A DNA stretch of 63,973 nucleotides, the filler included, from Dimorphilus gyrociliatus (Eukaryota; Animalia; Annelida): NCBI GenBank assembly GCA_904063045.1. It is 4 parts of 4 records of this genome, joined end to end, with 100 filler letters (N's around TTAATTAATTAA, not from the genome) between each part and the next. Parts side by side here need not be neighbours in the genome. Positions count along the whole stretch, not along the records: positions 58,370 to 63,973 come from CAJFCJ010000078.1; 3 more parts are not named here. One strand, given 5' to 3'. This document shows, piece after piece, positions 63,156 through 63,973 of the stretch. Made by a program: the position numbers and the translations under genes. Below the pieces are notes generated by a model. That model made no database searches, was not told where the DNA came from, and was given only the letters and a program-made list of their open reading frames with translations. Position 1 is the stretch's first letter, and each line of letters starts with the position of its first letter.

Positions 63156-63754
63156 TGTACTGCTCTTGCTGGCAAAATCTATGCGTTTGCAAGTTATAAC
63201 AATACTGGTTCTACTCGAACCTTTAAACAAATGTTTAAATTAAAACGGTTTATTCGCAATAATAATACTTAAGCAAGTAACAATATGAGAGTTCAATAGC
63301 AGAGTAGATAGTTTGTAATAGCAGGTTGCCAAATTACCAAACTGTCTTCCAATGTTGAGGAGTAGATGGATGGTTCCAGTGGAGGTTGTTTCCAGATGAT
63401 TTTCCCAGGTCCTTGGGTCCAGATGGAAGCTGCATGCCAAATGAGAATTATGAGGATTTATATACTTTGAGGTTTGTCTCTGACATCCAATCATCACTTT
63501 ACAGTTGCCAAAATGTGTAGTTCATATTTATGTTTAGTAACAGGATGTTACAAGGTTGAACATTTAGGAAGGTTAATTAAATTATAACTTGGCCAAACCT
63601 TTATTGGTAATTAAAGATGAGCCTTCAAGCTGACTAATCAGACTTATGTTTGGCCAATGTTATAGCATTTTCTTGCATAGGTTTTAAGATGTACATGTAT
63701 ATGTTGCATCAAATAATAGAGTTCAAGCATGTAAAATATAACCAAAGTTGTACA
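63156..63754 (-). mobile_element. Solo LTR (599 bp), second copy of the 57142 family
   Basis: Near-identical reverse complement of 57142-57776 without the 36-bp duplication. TG...CA ends; 4-bp TSD ATAC. Confidence 0.88.
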
Positions 63755-63973
63755 ATACTTTGAATGATTCACTCGGATATGGATTAGTCAGATTAATAAG
63801 AAAGTGAACACTATTTAATCCACGAATTCCGTCATCTTTATTCAATGTGGATGTTATTATTTGGTAATATTTGAATAAAAATCTAAAAACAAAAATTAAA
63901 TAAACAGGTTTTCATTTTGAATATTCTACTTTTAAAACCAACTTGAATGCTAATATTGATATCAATGTCAGTT

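Noticed and set aside
57435-63497. Duplicated 85-aa ORF MMIGCQRQ... as a gene
   Set aside because: Both copies lie inside the solo LTRs; the identity reflects the repeat.
1-63973. tRNA, rRNA or other structured RNA genes
   Set aside because: None recognised by eye; a covariance-model search would be needed to exclude them.

Overview
This is eukaryotic, AT-rich DNA and not one locus. Three identical 100-bp synthetic spacers (44 N + TTAATTAATTAA + 44 N) join four scaffolds: S1 1-18992, S2 19093-48629 (internal 511-N gap), S3 48730-58269 and S4 58370-63973. S1 is an invertebrate-type cluster of intronless RING/B-box/coiled-coil + ribonuclease-inhibitor-type LRR genes ('TRIM-LRR'). They alternate with opposite-strand RING-LRR or LRR-only paralogues and pseudogenes, plus MULE remnants and an unknown ORF missed by the track. 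S2 looks like a gene-sparse microsporidian scaffold: homeodomain, RhoGAP, adaptin mu, a multi-pass membrane protein, an LRR pseudogene, CCC motifs before start codons, three Merlin elements, two IR/DR Tc1 elements and an integrase relic. S3 holds intron-containing MULE transposases of the same family as S1 and a solo LTR. S4 holds a C1q-domain exon, a multi-exon MAM-domain gene and a second copy of the same solo LTR. All family calls are motif recognition by eye; no database search was run.
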